A DNA stretch of 64,000 bases, taken from positions 360,406,001 to 360,470,000 of the forward strand of contig OZ024740.1 of assembly GCA_964016885.1 (NCBI GenBank), in the 5' to 3' direction. The stretch is from Eledone cirrhosa (Eukaryota). Below are positions 25,123-39,468 of the stretch, one piece after another (position 1 is the stretch's first letter; each line of letters begins with the position of its first letter). The translations under genes and the position numbers were made by a program. The notes under the pieces are model-generated. The model was not told the DNA's origin. It was given only the letters and a program-made list of their open reading frames with translations, and made no database searches.

Positions 25123-26609
25123 ATATGATAAAGGAGGTAACAATAACATTTTAACTGAGTATTCCTCAATAGGAAGGAAACGTCTGAGGGGGAGTAATAA
25201 TATAATTTTAACAATAAGTATTCTTCAATAGGGAAGAGATATCTGAGGACTACTCATGGAAAAACCCCATAAAACTATGGTTGTTCAGTCTCCTAGGAAG
25301 TACATACACACACATAAGTGTATTCATTCATAACTCATTCATATCATCATAATCATTTTACATCTATTATATCTATCTATCTATATATATATATATATAT
25401 ATATAGTTTTTCAAGCTTACTCTTACTACCTCGAGACCAAAAAAGTGATTATTGTAACCAATGAAAGTTATGCTAGCCACAACCATGAAGGCTTTTCAGA
25501 CAGTTTATCTGAGACTAAATAATATAGCCTTTTGGGGGTTTTTTTTGTCTTTCTTTAAGATGGTTAGCATTGGGAAAGGTATTCAACCAAAAAGTTCTGT
25601 CTCAGAAAGTCTTCAACCCATGCCAGTATGGAAAATGGATATATAATTGATAGTGGTGGTGCTGCTGCTGGTGGCAGCAATGGCCTGAAAGATTTGACTG
25701 CTGTTTCTAGCAGATCAGGTGACTATGTATGGGCTCCCTCATTGGCTTTATGTGAATGTTGTGTTATCTTATGTAAACATCATACAAAGGAATTTAAATC
25801 GATCATAGTACTGCTCAACTAGGACAAAGCTGAGACTAAACAACATTATTCAATATATATATATGTATAAAATCAGCTTAACACAGCTCATCTCTTGAAG
25901 TTCTGCCTATAGGAAAAGTTGTTCCTATTCTGTGGTATCGATTTACAGCTATGAAAACTGAACTATTAATAAGTTGAGCCATGAATAAGAAGTGGCTGAA
26001 CGTTTTAAAATAAATAGCTTATTATCATAGAGCAAGGAGTGGTTTCCTGCAGTTTAGTACAAAAAGGGTTAATGATATATGGCCGAGTTTTAGGACAGGA
26101 TCAGATTTGATAAAATGATCAAGATTTGAGTTTGAAGAATGTATTGAAATGGATTAGTATTGGATGAAGGATCAAGATGTATCATCTAGGATCAGTACTA
26201 GTGGGAGGAGGGTGATTAGGATTAATACTAGATAGTGTAATTAGGGCTAGATGAAGGGTCAAGATGTATAATTTAGGATTTGTGGTAATGAGAAGAGGGA
26301 GATTAGGACTTGATAAAAGAGCAGAATCTAGTGGATCAGGACTGGATTAAAAACTGGGGTGTTATGGAGAAAATGGGGACTCAGGATTGGTTTGCAAATG
26401 AATGTTGACCACAAGAAAGTCAAAAAATCATTGTTGTGTGACTCATGAAGACTGGATAGAGAACCAAGGTTCTGTGATATCTGAGCCAGTTATCCAACCT
26501 TACATCAATGACCTAAGGGGCATGACTCAGACAACCTGTAAACCTGACATGAGTCATACATCAATACTCATGCTGAAAGAACTGAGAGAATGACTGTGTG
26601 GAAGATGTG

Positions 26610-27420
26610 ATTAGATGATGGTGGTGGTGGTGGTGGCTTTGGTGCTGGCAGCGACAGCAGTGGTGGTGGTGTTGGCACAGATAGTGCTGGTGGTTGGTGC
26701 TAGCAGTAGTGATGGTGAGGCTGGTGGTGGTGGTCTTTGTAGTCGTTGGGGAGGGGTAGAAGGGCGTGGCTCATGCTGACAGTTGATTATGATGGTGGTG
26801 ATGGGTGGGGGGAGTGATTTTTGTTGCTGTAGTAGTGGTATTGGTGGTGACAATAATTGTGATGATGATGGTTGTTATGGTAATAATAGTTGTAATGATG
26901 ATGATGGTTGTTATATTATTGGTAGTGGTATTGGTGGTTATAATGACAGAAATGGTGTGTTGGATGTGACTTCAAAACAAACAAGCAATGATGTGTGTGT
27001 GTATGCATAAATGGTGGTGGTGGAAATTAATTTAGTTATGATGATGGGTGAGTGTTAATGTGTGGTTGTAGTGGTAGGGTTAATGATGTGATGGTTGTTG
27101 TTGTTTAGCCCCAATGTCAACTCTAATCAAAGCATCGGGTGGTTTAAGTGAGATATGACTGCTATTTCTAGCATGTTAAGCAACCGTGTAGAGGCTTCCA
27201 TGCTTGAGGTTAATGAATAGTGGTGAAGTTGGTGCAGGTGATGGTAGCAGTGGTGCTGGTAGTGGAAGTATTTGTGCTAGTAGTGGTGGTGTTAGAGCTG
27301 GTAGCAGAGATGTTGGTACTGGACTTAGGCGTGATGGGGTGGTAGTAGTGGGGTTGTTGTGGTGCTTGTGGTGGTAACTAGTGTAGTAGAGTTGGTGATG
27401 GTAGTGGAGGTGTTGGTGAA
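26610..27420. repeat. (GGT/GAT)n low-complexity tract with an embedded SINE-like fragment
   Basis: Direct reading. Confidence 0.75.
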
Positions 27421-28303
27421 GCGTCCTATGTGATTTTATCTTGCAGGAGTCCTATCAAGATTCTACATATTGTTATTATAACTCACAGCTATAGGGGTTT
27501 AGTTATGAGGTCAACTCACATTTTTAGGTTTCTTGATTGTTTTAATGAAAGGGGCCCCAGTCTTGTCAATACTCTAAATATTGTTGTTACACCTTACACC
27601 TATGTAGGTTTCACTGGTCTCCTATGAGGTTGTATCTATAACAGGTTTCTCAAGGTTATATCTCATAGAAGGTTTATCACGTGTTTTAATGATAGGGGCC
27701 TCGGCCTTATCATAACTCACAGAGAACATCTTTTACTCCGACACTTGCAAAAATGTCAAATTCAAGTGGCAAGTGCTAAAATCATCAAATGTAGGAGCCA
27801 TATCCAGTCTTCTGATTGAACTTACAGCAGAACATCAACAAAATGACAGAAACTGAGAAGGTGAAATATCTGTTTGTCAGTATTTGTGGTTAATGTTTTC
27901 TGTAACCTCGGAAGAATAAATATTGACTGGTTCTTTAATGTTTTTATATATATGTGTGGGAGTGGGTATATTTTTCACACACCACACACATATAAAGACA
28001 AAGGCATCAGTTTTGACACAATAAGTAATGAGTCTCTATTACATTACAGAACACACACACATATAGGTTGGTAGGAGAACAGGCAGACAGATATTCTTTT
28101 ACTGGTGACTGCAGCTATGCTGGAGTATTGTTTTTACCCTTAACATCATGTACCGAATGAAACCACATTAACAAGACAATCTTCAAAGGTACAAAACAGC
28201 ACTATGACTGCATCACATAAAAAATTGAAGTCTCTACTTGAGTTTACTGTAACATATCTCAATGATCTGTGTACTGGCAAAGATTCCCATAAACATTGCA
28301 AGA

Positions 28304-31300
28304 CATCATCATCATCATCATCATCAACGTTTTACGTCCGTTCTTCCACGCTAGCATGGGTTAGACGGGTTGTCCTGTTGTGGGCAGTGTCTGGTCGGCT
28401 GACCATGCCTTGCTCATACAGGAACTGATTTGGCTTGATTTCTACAGCTGGATGCCCTTCCTAACACCAACCTCATTTACAGTGAGTGCTGGGTGCTTTT
28501 TCGTGGCGCCTACACGTCCACTTTACAGTGTGGGCTGGGTGCTTTTTTGCCGTGGCACCTCCACGACCACCTTGCGGTGGGGGCATATTGTTTATATGCT
28601 TCAGCTTGTACCCATGGGAGGTCGGGTACTCTGTATTACTGCGTGACGCCAGAAGTCACGGTCGTGTGTCATTGTCTTTGAGAGGTGTAATTTGGTAAGG
28701 TCGGCTTTTATCACCTCATCCCAGGTCATCTTGGGTCTCCCCACTCCGCGGTTTCCATCAACTTCTAGTGCTCTGCACCTTTTTATGCAGCTGTCATCCT
28801 TCATACGCATCACATGTCCATACCAGCGCAACCGCCTCTCCTGCACACAGCATTTGATTCCTCTTATGCTCAGTCTCTCTCTCAATTCATTTATGCTTTG
28901 TCGTTCATGTATATTATTGTTACACATCCATCGGAGCATGCAGGCTTCGTTTCTCTCTAATCTACGTAAGTCTTCCACCTTCAGCGCCCAGGTCTCAATA
29001 CCATGCAACATCGCTGTTCGGATACACGCATCATACAGTCTGCCTTTCATTCTGAGGGAGAAGCCTTTTGCAGCTAGCAGTGGTAGTAGTTCCCTAAACT
29101 TCTTCCATCCCGTTCTTACCCTAGTTATTGCACTTTCTGAACACCCACCTCCGTTGCTAATTCGGTCACCTAGGTAGCAGAAGCTGTCTACTGTTTCTAC
29201 AGGGCCCTCCCAGAGATTGGTGGTACTTCTTTCCTGTGGCTGTTTGCTGTCTCAGCACAGCTGCTGCATGTGAATCCTACATTCTTAATTAAGCTTCCTG
29301 AGATCCCGCTACATCTCTTGTGTACCCATTATTTGCATTTGGGGCAGAGAATGGAGTTCCTACCTACACCTTTCCTACATACTGAGCAAGGCCATTTCCC
29401 TGAGGGGATCTGGGTTCTGTTTTCTCGTCTACTTACAAGGACCTTAGTCTTTGTCATGTTGACTTTGAGACCCTTTCTTTCTAGTCCCTGCTTCCAGGTT
29501 TGGAATTTATTCTCTAGTTCTACCATAGATTCAACTATGAGTGCGAGGTCATCAGCATACAGGAGTTCCCATGGGCATCCGGTCTTAAACTCCTCCGTTA
29601 TTGCCTGCAGGACTATGATGAACAGGAGAGGGCTAAGAACAGAGCCCTGGTGGACCCCAACCTGTACGCTAAATTCCTCGCTATACTCATTGCTAATCCT
29701 AACTTTGCTGACTGCTCCCCTATACATGGCTGGTACAGCTTTCACAAGCCATTCATCTACTCTTAGTTTTCTAAGAGCCCACCAGATTACAGCACGTGGA
29801 ACTCTGTCAAAGGCTTTCTCAAGGTCGACAAATGCCAAGTAGAGCGGCTTACTTTTAGCTAGGTACTTTTCCTGTAATTGCCTCACAAGGAAGAGGGCAT
29901 CAGTGGTGCCTCTTCCTGGTACAAACCCAAATTGCATCTCGTCTATTTTCACCCGGTCCCTAATCAGCTGTGCTATAATTCTTTCTGTTACTTTCATGAC
30001 CTGGTCCATCAACTTTATACCTCTATAGTTTCCTCTATCTAGTGCATCGCCTTTACCTTTGTAGCAGTTGACAATGATGCTACTGCACCAATCTTTTGGT
30101 ATGGCCCCTTCTAGTATTACCTGGTTAACAATACGTGTGGTTATAGTGTGACCTACAGACCCAGATGCCTTCAGTATCTCGGCAGCTATACCCGATGGAC
30201 CAGTTGCCTTCCCCATCTTCATATCTTTGATTGCCTTACTTACTACGCTGCCGCTGACTTGTACTGCTGGTCCCTCTATAGGGTCTACTTGGGGTAGGGT
30301 CTCTTCTTCCCATGCATTCTCCTCATTTAGTAATCTATCATAATGACTCTTCCATGCATCTTTCTTCTCAGCACTTGTGAGGGCAAGCTCACCTTTATCA
30401 TTCCGGATACACTTCTCTCCAATGACATCACAACTATCTCTGACACACTGCCTCGCAATCTTGAATACCTCCTGTTTCTGGTCCTCACGTTGTAAGACAT
30501 GCTTGAATTTTCTATCTTCTGCTTCCCTCCTAGCTAAGTATACTTGTCGCCTAGCTTCCCTCTTGGTCTCTATGTAATGTACCCTGCTCCCCCCGTTCTT
30601 CCATTCTTTCCATGCCTGTCTCTTGTCCTTGACTGCTTCATCTACCTTATTGTTCCACCACCAAGTCACTCTCCTCCTGCTTGAGGTCTTACTCCAGCCA
30701 CAGACCTTATCCGTCGCCTCTAGTAAATTATTTTTTAGGAACTCCCAGTTCTCTTCTACATTAAATGTCTCTATCTGTTCTTCTCTACTGTCGTAGGCGT
30801 TGAGTAAAATATCTTTAAATCTGTTACTGGTTGAGGGGACTTTCAGCTTCCAGATCTTTCTTTTCCAGGTTGGCCTCTGTTTCGGGGTTCGTCTAGTTCT
30901 GACCGTGAGGTCGCTGACAACTAAGCTATGTTGGGATGTACATTCCTCACTAGGGAAGGCTTTTGTGTTTACGACCGTCCATCTGTCACGTCCTCTGATG
31001 AGGATAAAATCTAACTGACTAGAGTGCTCCCCTGATCTATAGGTGATCAGGTGGTTGTCGGGTTTTTTAAAGTTTGTGTTACATATCGACATGTCATTGG
31101 CGTCGCAGAATTCTAGAAGTCTGAATCCTTCCTCATTCCTTGTGCCAACCCCATGGCCTCCATGTACTCTATTGAAGCCGTCGCACTGTTTACCTACGTG
31201 TCCGTTAAAATCTCCTGCGATGATTAGGAAGTCCTTGTCGTCTGTTAGAGCAGTAGTGTGTATTAGGGACTCGTAAAACCTATCCTTAAGTTCGTCTGAC

Positions 31301-31626
31301 AGCCCCGATTGGGGTGCGTAAGCTGATATTATTGTGGTAACTGTTTTATTCAGGACTAGTCTGAGTTTAATGATTCTTGCGTTTACCCTGTACACTGAGA
31401 TTACTTTATCTACCCACTTGTCAGCTAGTAGTATACCTACACCACCCATCCCATCGTCATTTCCCACCCAGAAAAATTTGTAGCACCGACTTTTTCCTAC
31501 GAGGACTCTGGCAGACTCTCCTCTCCATCTTGTCTCTTGCACACAGCATACGTCAATTTCCTTTCGCTCTAGCATTTCTACGATTTCTCCTGCTCTTCCT
31601 TTCATTGAGCCTACATTGATGGTCAC
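28304..31626 (-). mobile_element. Near-complete RTE LINE subfamily A (lacks 5'UTR)
   Basis: APE+RT coding region, 3'UTR with AGGAAGGGCATCCAGC, (GAT)n tail. Confidence 0.96.
28601..31626 (-). pseudogene. RTE ORF2: AP endonuclease, RT, PHD-like finger, C-terminal domain
   Basis: APE motifs QETRW, GDFNGHVG, LDFIL, SQHSLV; RT motifs [22 protein letters not shown]; one nonsense TAA at 29329-29331 (KCK*WVHKRC) and a small frameshifting deletion near 29240. Confidence 0.95.
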
Positions 31627-32214
31627 CTAAATTGGCTAGCCTCATAAAGTGACAACCTGTCTAACTCATGTAAGCATGGAAAATAGAGACATTAAACAGT
31701 GATGTATGATGATTTCAAACTAATGAAACAGATCTAATCCTGTAGAAATAATTTCTATATGAAATAAATCATATATATATATATGTGTGTGTTTGTGTAG
31801 CATTGTATAAATTAGATACTTGTCACCCCCACCCTAAATAACCAGCTAGTCAACAACCACCATCACTAGCACGTTATGTCAGTCATCATGATAACACCAA
31901 AATAACAACATGAAAAACATCATACTATGACCATTAATGGAACTGGTATGTGGTTGACGTGATTATGAGCAAATTGGTAATTTCTAGAATATAATTAAAG
32001 GAAATATTATGGCTGAATAAACTGCTTACTTGTCTGGTCACCATCCTAGGTTTATATTTATATATTAATATAAATATTCATCTGTTTATACCTAAATATA
32101 GATACATTTTTGGACATGTTGCCTTGCTTTCTCTGGATCATTATATTTGTGTGTATGTATATATTTGAATATGTGTTAGTATATATGTATAAATATGTAC
32201 ATGTATACATATAT

Positions 32215-34265
32215 TGTCATTATCATCACCGTTTAACATCCATTTTTCCACACTAGCATGGGTTAGACAAGTTGTTCTATTGTGAGACAAGCCAGGTCAG
32301 ATTACTACATCTTGCTCATACAGAACTGATTTTGGCTGGTTTCTATGGCTGGATGCCCTTCCTAACACCAACCACATTTACAGGGTGTACTGGGTGCTTT
32401 TTGTCGTGACACTTACATGACCACTTTACAGTGGGGACTGGCATTTTTTATCATGACAGCTACATGACCACTTTACAGTGTGGGCTGGGGACTTGGATGG
32501 GGGAGGTGTGGGGGCTGGGGTCTTGGATGGGGGAGGTGTGTGGGGATTGGGGAGGTAAATTTAGGAATATGTGTAAAAGGCAGTGTTAGGGCATGGGTAG
32601 AGTGTTAGATGTGTGGGGAGTTAGGAAATGGGTGGGGGAGTTAGGAAATGGGGGGGATGGAGTAGAAGGTGGTGCATACTAGATGTATGCTTCAACGTGT
32701 GCTCATGGGAAGACAGGACTTCTTTATTACTGCATAATGCCAGAGATCTCAGTCCTGTGTTATTGAGAGCTGCAATTGTGCAAAGTCAACTTTTATCACC
32801 TCATTCCAAGTCTTCCTAGGTCTTCCTACTTCATAGCTTCCATCTACTTTGAGTGTTCTAGACCTTTTTATACAGCTATCATCCTTCATACATATCACAT
32901 GTCCATACCAACACAATCTCCTTTCCTGCACACTGCATCTCATCCCTCTTATACCCAGTTTCTCTCTTAGTTTATTTATGCTTTGCTGTACATGTATATT
33001 ACTTTTACACATCCATCGAAGCATGCAAACTTCATTTCTTTCTAATCTTCACAGGTCCTCTGTACACTGAGCCCAAACTTCACTACCATGCAACATTTTT
33101 GTTCATATACACGCATCATAAAATTTGCCCTTTATTTTAAGGGGAAAACCTTTTGTAGCTAGCTAAGGTAGTAGCTCCCTGAACTTCTTCCATCTTGTTC
33201 TCACTCTGACTACTGTACTTTCAGAACATCCACCCCATTGCTAATTTGGTCATCTAGATAGCAGAAGCTGTCTACTGTTTCTACTGAACCTTCGAGTATT
33301 TGATAGCACTTGTTTCCTGTGGGTGTTTGTTGCTTACTGTTCCTGTGCAATGGCTACATGTAAAACCTACATTCATAGCTAACCTTCTTGAGATCCTACA
33401 ACATTTCTTGTGTACCCATAGTTTTCATTTGAGACAGAGGATAGAATTTTTATCTACACCTTTCCTACACACTGAGCAAAGCCATTTCCCTGCCTTTATC
33501 AAGTTGACTTTATGACCCTTTGATTCGAGGTCATGCTTCCAGATTTTGAATTTCTTCTCTAATTCGGTCATAGATTCAGTTATAAGTGTGAGATCATCTG
33601 CATACAGGAGTTACTATGGGTAGCCAGTCTTAAACTCCTCTCTTATAGCCAGCAGGACTATAATAAACAAGAGCAGGCTAAGAACAGAACTCTGGCGGGC
33701 ACTTACCTGTACTCTAATTTCTTCACTATAGTTGTTGTTAATCCTAACTTTGCTGACTGTTCCCCCATGCATAGCTTATACAGCCTTCACAAGTTACTCA
33801 TCTACTCCTAGTTTTCTAAGAGCCCACCAGATTATGACACAGGGTACTCTGTCAAAAGCTTTCTCCAGATCAACAAATGCCAGATAGTGGGGATTACTCT
33901 TAGCTAGGTACTTCTCCTGTAATTTCTTCACAAGGAAGAGAGCATCTGTGGTACTTTTCCCTGGCACAGATCCAAACTGATCTCATCTAGATTAACCCAG
34001 TCCCTAATTAGCTGTGCTATAACTCTTTCTGTTAATTTTATGACTTGGTCCATCAACTTGATGCCTCCATAGTTTTCCCTTTCTAGTGCATCTCTTTACT
34101 CTTGTAGCAGTTGACAATGAAGCTGCTACACCAATCATTTGGTATAATATCATTTAGTATTACTTGGTTTACAATACCAGTGGTTAATATGTAACTCACC
34201 AACCCAGATGCTTCCAGCATCTCAGCAACTATCCCCAATGGACCGACTGCTTTCTCCGTCTTCAT
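32215..34265 (-). pseudogene. Degraded RTE (third lineage): RT region plus 3'UTR
   Basis: Colinear similarity to 28.3-30.2 kb; remnant ORFs 32749-33024 and 34083-34295; many stops. Confidence 0.9.
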
Positions 34266-34276
34266 ATATATATGCA

Positions 34277-35035
34277 TAATCATCATCATCATCACTTAAT
34301 GTCTAAATGATGATATGTATATAGATAGGTTGCTGATCATTGTTTTAACTAAAGAAGCCTTTCTGCTATGTGAAGCTTGGTGGTTGGCAAAAGGAGAAGG
34401 GAGATAGGTATGAAGTTATTTGTGTATGATAAATATGGTGTGATTTGATGGCGTGATGAATCGGGGAAGGGTGATCGATAGTATAGAGGGAGAGGGGATG
34501 CCATGGTGGTTAGAATATGTATGTGGAGACAGTGGTTAGGGGTGTGGATGTCAATAGCTTGTGCTAGGTGGGGGAGTGTAGTGTTGTAGAAAATAGCTAA
34601 TGGGTGGTAATGGAGGGGGTAATGGAGGGGGTACACAGGGGTGGAGAGCCAAGCTACTAGGGTGCAATAGTAAGGGTATCTATAGGCTTTAGCGGCATGG
34701 ATGGAGTGGTTAATAGTATAAGAGAGGGTGTAGTGAGAGTGAAGGTAGCAAGGTGTGGGAGTTGAGGAGAGCACAGGGTTTAGAGGGGGTGAGTGATGGT
34801 AAGAATAACTTAGGAGTGATACTGAAGGGGGAATGGATGAGAAGGGTGCAGTGTTGGTGACGATAGCTACTGGGCAGTACTCATGGATGGGGGACACATG
34901 GGTGGGTAAGGTCGCATTGTATTTTAGTGACTGGGTTTTCATCAGCACAGCATAGTACCAGCCCTCACAGTCCTTTGTCATCTCTGTTGTGCTCATCCCA
35001 ACATCTCTGCAGGGTACTTTACTTGATTTTCTCAA
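34277..35035 (-). mobile_element. Old RTE 3' end with an expanded low-complexity UTR
   Basis: EMTKDCEGWYYAVLMKT resembles the RTE ORF end; purine-rich (plus-strand) UTR; (CAT)n at 34277. Confidence 0.45.
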
Positions 35036-35164
35036 CTATTCTTTTTGGTAATCGACTATTATTATGATCATTTCTGAGTTGGGACACACACATTTCATGG
35101 TGGCACTTCATTTTATGTTTGATGACATTGTAAATGAATGGTGTCAACTGGCCCAACTGACCAA

Positions 35165-35540
35165 TATTTCTACCATCATCATCCTCTCCACTACAACCAT
35201 GCCCACCATCATCAACATCACCACCACCACCATCACTATTACCATCACCAGTACTACCCTCACCACCATCAACATCAACATCATCGACATCAGCACCTCC
35301 ACCACTACTACCATTACCCTCATTACCATCCATACCAGCACTGTCATCATCACCACCACCACCACCTCATAGTATTATATTTATATTATCATCACCCACA
35401 CTATTACAACCATTACAGTTACCTTACTGTTACAATTATCATTACCACCACTACTACTATTACTACTACCAACACCATAATCACTATCTCCATCTTTAGC
35501 ACGACCACCACCTCACCAATACAGTCATAACCACCACTAT
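35165..35540. repeat. (CAC/CAT)n low-complexity tract
   Basis: Direct reading. Confidence 0.85.
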
Positions 35541-35789
35541 ATATCTAAATATATGCTGCTGCTTTCTGTAGGCATTGGAGACACGTGAACACCTACTTGA
35601 CTTCCATTCTCTCAGCACCAACGCCATCTCCGATCCCTCCACAAACACATACGCACATATGCAAATATTCATGCACATACACTCTCTCCAAGAGATTCAT
35701 TCACAATACTAGACTCCTGAGTGAGTGTATATACACACACACATACACACATATATATATATATATATACATTATATATATATATATAT

Positions 35790-36276
35790 ATCATCATCAT
35801 CATCATCGTTTAACGTCCATATTCCACGCTTGCATGGGTTTGGACGGGATTTTTCCCACTTGAGGCAAGAGTGGTTGTCTTGCTTGCATAGAACTGTCTG
35901 GCGGGTTTTCTACGGCTAGATGCCCTTCCTAACACCAACCACATTTACAGTGTGGGGCTGGGAGGTTTTTACCGTGTTACCTACACGGCCACATTTACAG
36001 CGTGGACTGTGTGTTTTTTGTCGTGACACCTACACGATCTCATTTGTTTCAGGCTGGATGTTGTGGTACCAACATAACTTTACATTGAAAGGGGTGGTGT
36101 GGATGGGGTGGGGGTAGTGGGACGGGGGTGTATTTTGTTAGAGGTGCCTACTGACTGTAGTGGGTTTCACTTTGTACTTAGGTAAGGCGGGTCTTCTCTA
36201 TTTACTGTGTAGCGCCAAAGATCTCGGTCCAGTGACATTGTCTTGGAGAGGTGTAAGTGTGTGAGGTCGGAATTTA
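35790..36276 (-). mobile_element. RTE-B 3' stub (~490 bp) in (TA)n
   Basis: Near-identical to 24283-24765 reverse complement. Confidence 0.93.
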
Positions 36277-36552
36277 TATATATATATATATATATAAATT
36301 AAAATCAAATAAAACTGAAATAGAAATTGATCGTAAGATAGAGTAATGTAAATACTGTAAATACTGAATGTAAGATAAGTATATACACACACACACATAC
36401 ATATAATAATAAATGTGAAGACTAAAATCCGAAGACGGCTCGATAAGGATAACATATATATCAAATATATAAAAACCATAGAGCAAATATTTATTAAAAT
36501 AACAGATTAAAGTTTAAGCAAAGACTCGCTGCTTTCACCCTTTAATCTGTTA

Positions 36553-36558
<6 letters not shown>

Positions 36559-36646
<88 letters not shown>
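36559..36646. repeat. Pure (TA)n microsatellite
   Basis: Direct reading. Confidence 0.97.
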
Positions 36647-36650
<4 letters not shown>

Positions 36651-36826
36651 TATCATATGCCCTATCATATATATATAGGGGTCGAAACTCCCAAAGTCCA
36701 TCTCAATGGTTGAAGATTCTGGACTTCTGTGTCTTTTGTTTGTATCTTTATTTTCAAAAAATTATTTTTTGTTTTGCCTTCTTTTCGTTCATTGTCCTGC
36801 CTTCTCTTTGTTAATTTTTCTAAGTT

Positions 36827-36887
<61 letters not shown>

Positions 36888-36989
36888 ACTGACAAAGCAT
36901 TGAGAAATTTGAAAACATAGTCACCACAATGCAAATAACTATAAAAGTAGTTGATAAAACAGCTTCATGCTACTGTTGTTCTTTTATCA

Positions 36990-38740
36990 TCTCCTTTATG
37001 AGGTTCAGTATCCTGAGATCGGCTTTCACCATTTCTGCCCATGTCTTCCTCTTCTGCTGTTTCCTTCCACTTGGAAATCCCTGCACTTCTATACCCAACT
37101 ATCAACATTCAAACTCTACATATCCTCTGAATTTAATGTCCATTTTTCAGCTACCAGGAAGCAGTATGTTTCATATGCAGGCATCATACAATCTAACCAT
37201 CCCTCAGAAAGAAACATTTTGTTCTAGTAGAGGTAATAGTTCCCTGAACTTTGTCCACCCTGTTCTTGTTCTGGCTGTTATGCTTTCAGTGCACACTGCA
37301 CCACTGTTAATTTAGTCACTTGATTACAAAAATGAATATTATATATCACATACACTCAATGATCCCTCAATTTACGCTGTAATTTTTAACTATTTTTTTC
37401 TTCTGCATGTCAGGTATGCTCATTTCCCTGGTAGACTCAAAACATTAGCCTTTGCTAAGTTAATTTCAGGATTTTGATTCCAGATTTTGTTTCAATGTTT
37501 GATATTTCTTCTCCATATCTTCTAGTTGTAAGAACTAGGCCATCAGCATATAAGCGTTCCATAAAAAAAAACTCCTCTCTTATCGTCTGGAGGACCATAA
37601 TAAACAGGAGGGGACTGAGAAATAACCCCTGATGGGCACCTACCTGCACACTTATTGCTAGCCTTCACTTTGCCGAATGCACCTCTGAACATAGCTTATA
37701 AGGTCCTCACAATCCATTTAGGTACTTTAGCAACCAGCAGATTACAAAGTGTGGAAGCCTGTGAAAGGCTGTCTCACAGAGTGATCATAGCTATTTCCCA
37801 GTGACTTACTCTTAGCTAAGTATTTTTCCTGTAGTCATCTCAGTAGGAAAAGGGCATTGGTAGTACCTCTTCCTGGCATAAAGCCAGACTTCGTCTCATC
37901 CCAGCTTATTCTGTTTGTCTTCAATTGCGCTATAACTCTTTTAGAAATCTTCACAACTTGATGCTTCAGTAATTGATTCTCTCTAGTGCAGCTTCTTTAT
38001 CCTTACAGCATTTAATGATAATACTGCTACATTAGACACTAGGTATGACACTTTTCTGCACTGCTTGCTTGAATAATGCATGACCTACTATGCCAGATAT
38101 TTTCAGCATCTCAGTAGCTATGGAGCAGCTGCTTTCTGTACCTTCATACTTTCAATTACTCTAACAACCACACTGCTGTTGATTTTGATAGTTAGTCCAT
38201 CTGTTGGTTCTACTTGGATTAGGCTCTTTTGCCCTCATGCATTCTTCTCTTTTATTTGTATGCAGATACCTGTTTCTTTTCTGCATTGGTAAAGGCAATT
38301 ATGCCACTATCATTGCATATACACTTCTCTCCAACAATGTTTCAATTTTTATAGCACACTGTCCTGGAGAACACATCACACCTGATCTTCACACCACAAA
38401 ACATGTGCAAACTTCATACTTTCTGGCTTCTCTCTTTAAGTATATGTGAGGCTTAACTTCTATCTTTTTGCTATTGCTTTCTGCTGCTGCCTTTCTTCCA
38501 GTCAAACCAAGCTTGTATGTATCAGAGATTTTATGGCTCTGTTCACATTACTATTCCACTACCATGTCAAATTCTATCTGGCTGAGTCCTTGCACCAACC
38601 AAAGATCTGGTCTGGAGCACTCAGCAGGTTGTCTCATAGAAACTCCACAGTTTTCCTCTATAAGGCTCTATCTCCATCTCCTGTCATAAGTGGGGACTAA
38701 AGTTCTCAGAAGCTATAACTAGCGGAAGACTCTTTCAATT
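36990..38740 (-). pseudogene. Heavily degraded RTE ORF2
   Basis: Remnant QVGAHQGLFLSPLLFIMVLQTIREEF..LYADGL (ORF 37455-37649) and colinear linker similarity. Confidence 0.8.
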
Positions 38741-38761
38741 TCCATATGTATATATATATAT

Positions 38762-39315
38762 GATGGCTGCCAACTCGTTTTCGAGTATGGCTACTACTTT
38801 ATATCCATGTAGGAGAACCCCTACTGATGCGCTGAACGTGTGTGACTTTTTAGTCCAGCCAGCAACTTGAAAACTCTGGTACAAACACTACACTTGTGAC
38901 AGTTATTGACACATAGTGCTGGGCCCATGGTACCATGTGATGACAAGTGCAGAGAGATCTCCAGATATAAAGCAATGCCTGTGCCGTGAAGCTTTTATAG
39001 TGAGCAAAGCCACTGCACAAAGCCAGTCCCATCTCTTAACCAAGATGATATTTACCAAAAAGAAGAACAAGTCAACATCATTGGATACCATCAGAGTTTT
39101 CCTTCTCCTAGAATTCTGCCTTGACAAAGGCTAAGGGGTCATCTCTCCCAGTGATTTTGGATGGCCATTGACTCTTTGGCATTTGAGCTCCTTTGCCCTT
39201 TGACAGGTTTTATTTTTAGTCCTGCAGGATGTCCAGTCACCCTCCTCACCAAGAAACCTTGGTGGGGTTGCCAGTTTAGTCGCCAACGACCCGACCATGA
39301 GACAGGTTGTACTGG
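38762..39315 (-). mobile_element. Unclassified ~610-bp non-coding retroposon, copy 1 (slightly 5'-truncated, 20-bp internal deletion)
   Basis: Reverse complement matches 44440-45050; TA flanks. Confidence 0.85.
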
Positions 39316-39468
39316 TTGTATGTATATATATATACATACATACACATGCGAACATCATCATCACCACCACCATGATATACCATTTGTTTTCCACACTGGT
39401 ATGATACATACATACTCACTCAGACATACACACATGTATATATGTTTACCTTTTACATACATATATAC

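Noticed and set aside
28692-29842. Plus-strand ORFs of 161 and 190 aa (and equivalents at 54180-54995, 57721-58167)
   Set aside because: Antisense shadows of RTE ORF2
36650-36700. CCCTAT..ATAGGG-GTCGAAAC hairpin resembling half a hammerhead
   Set aside because: CUGANGA core absent; at most a truncated PLE relic
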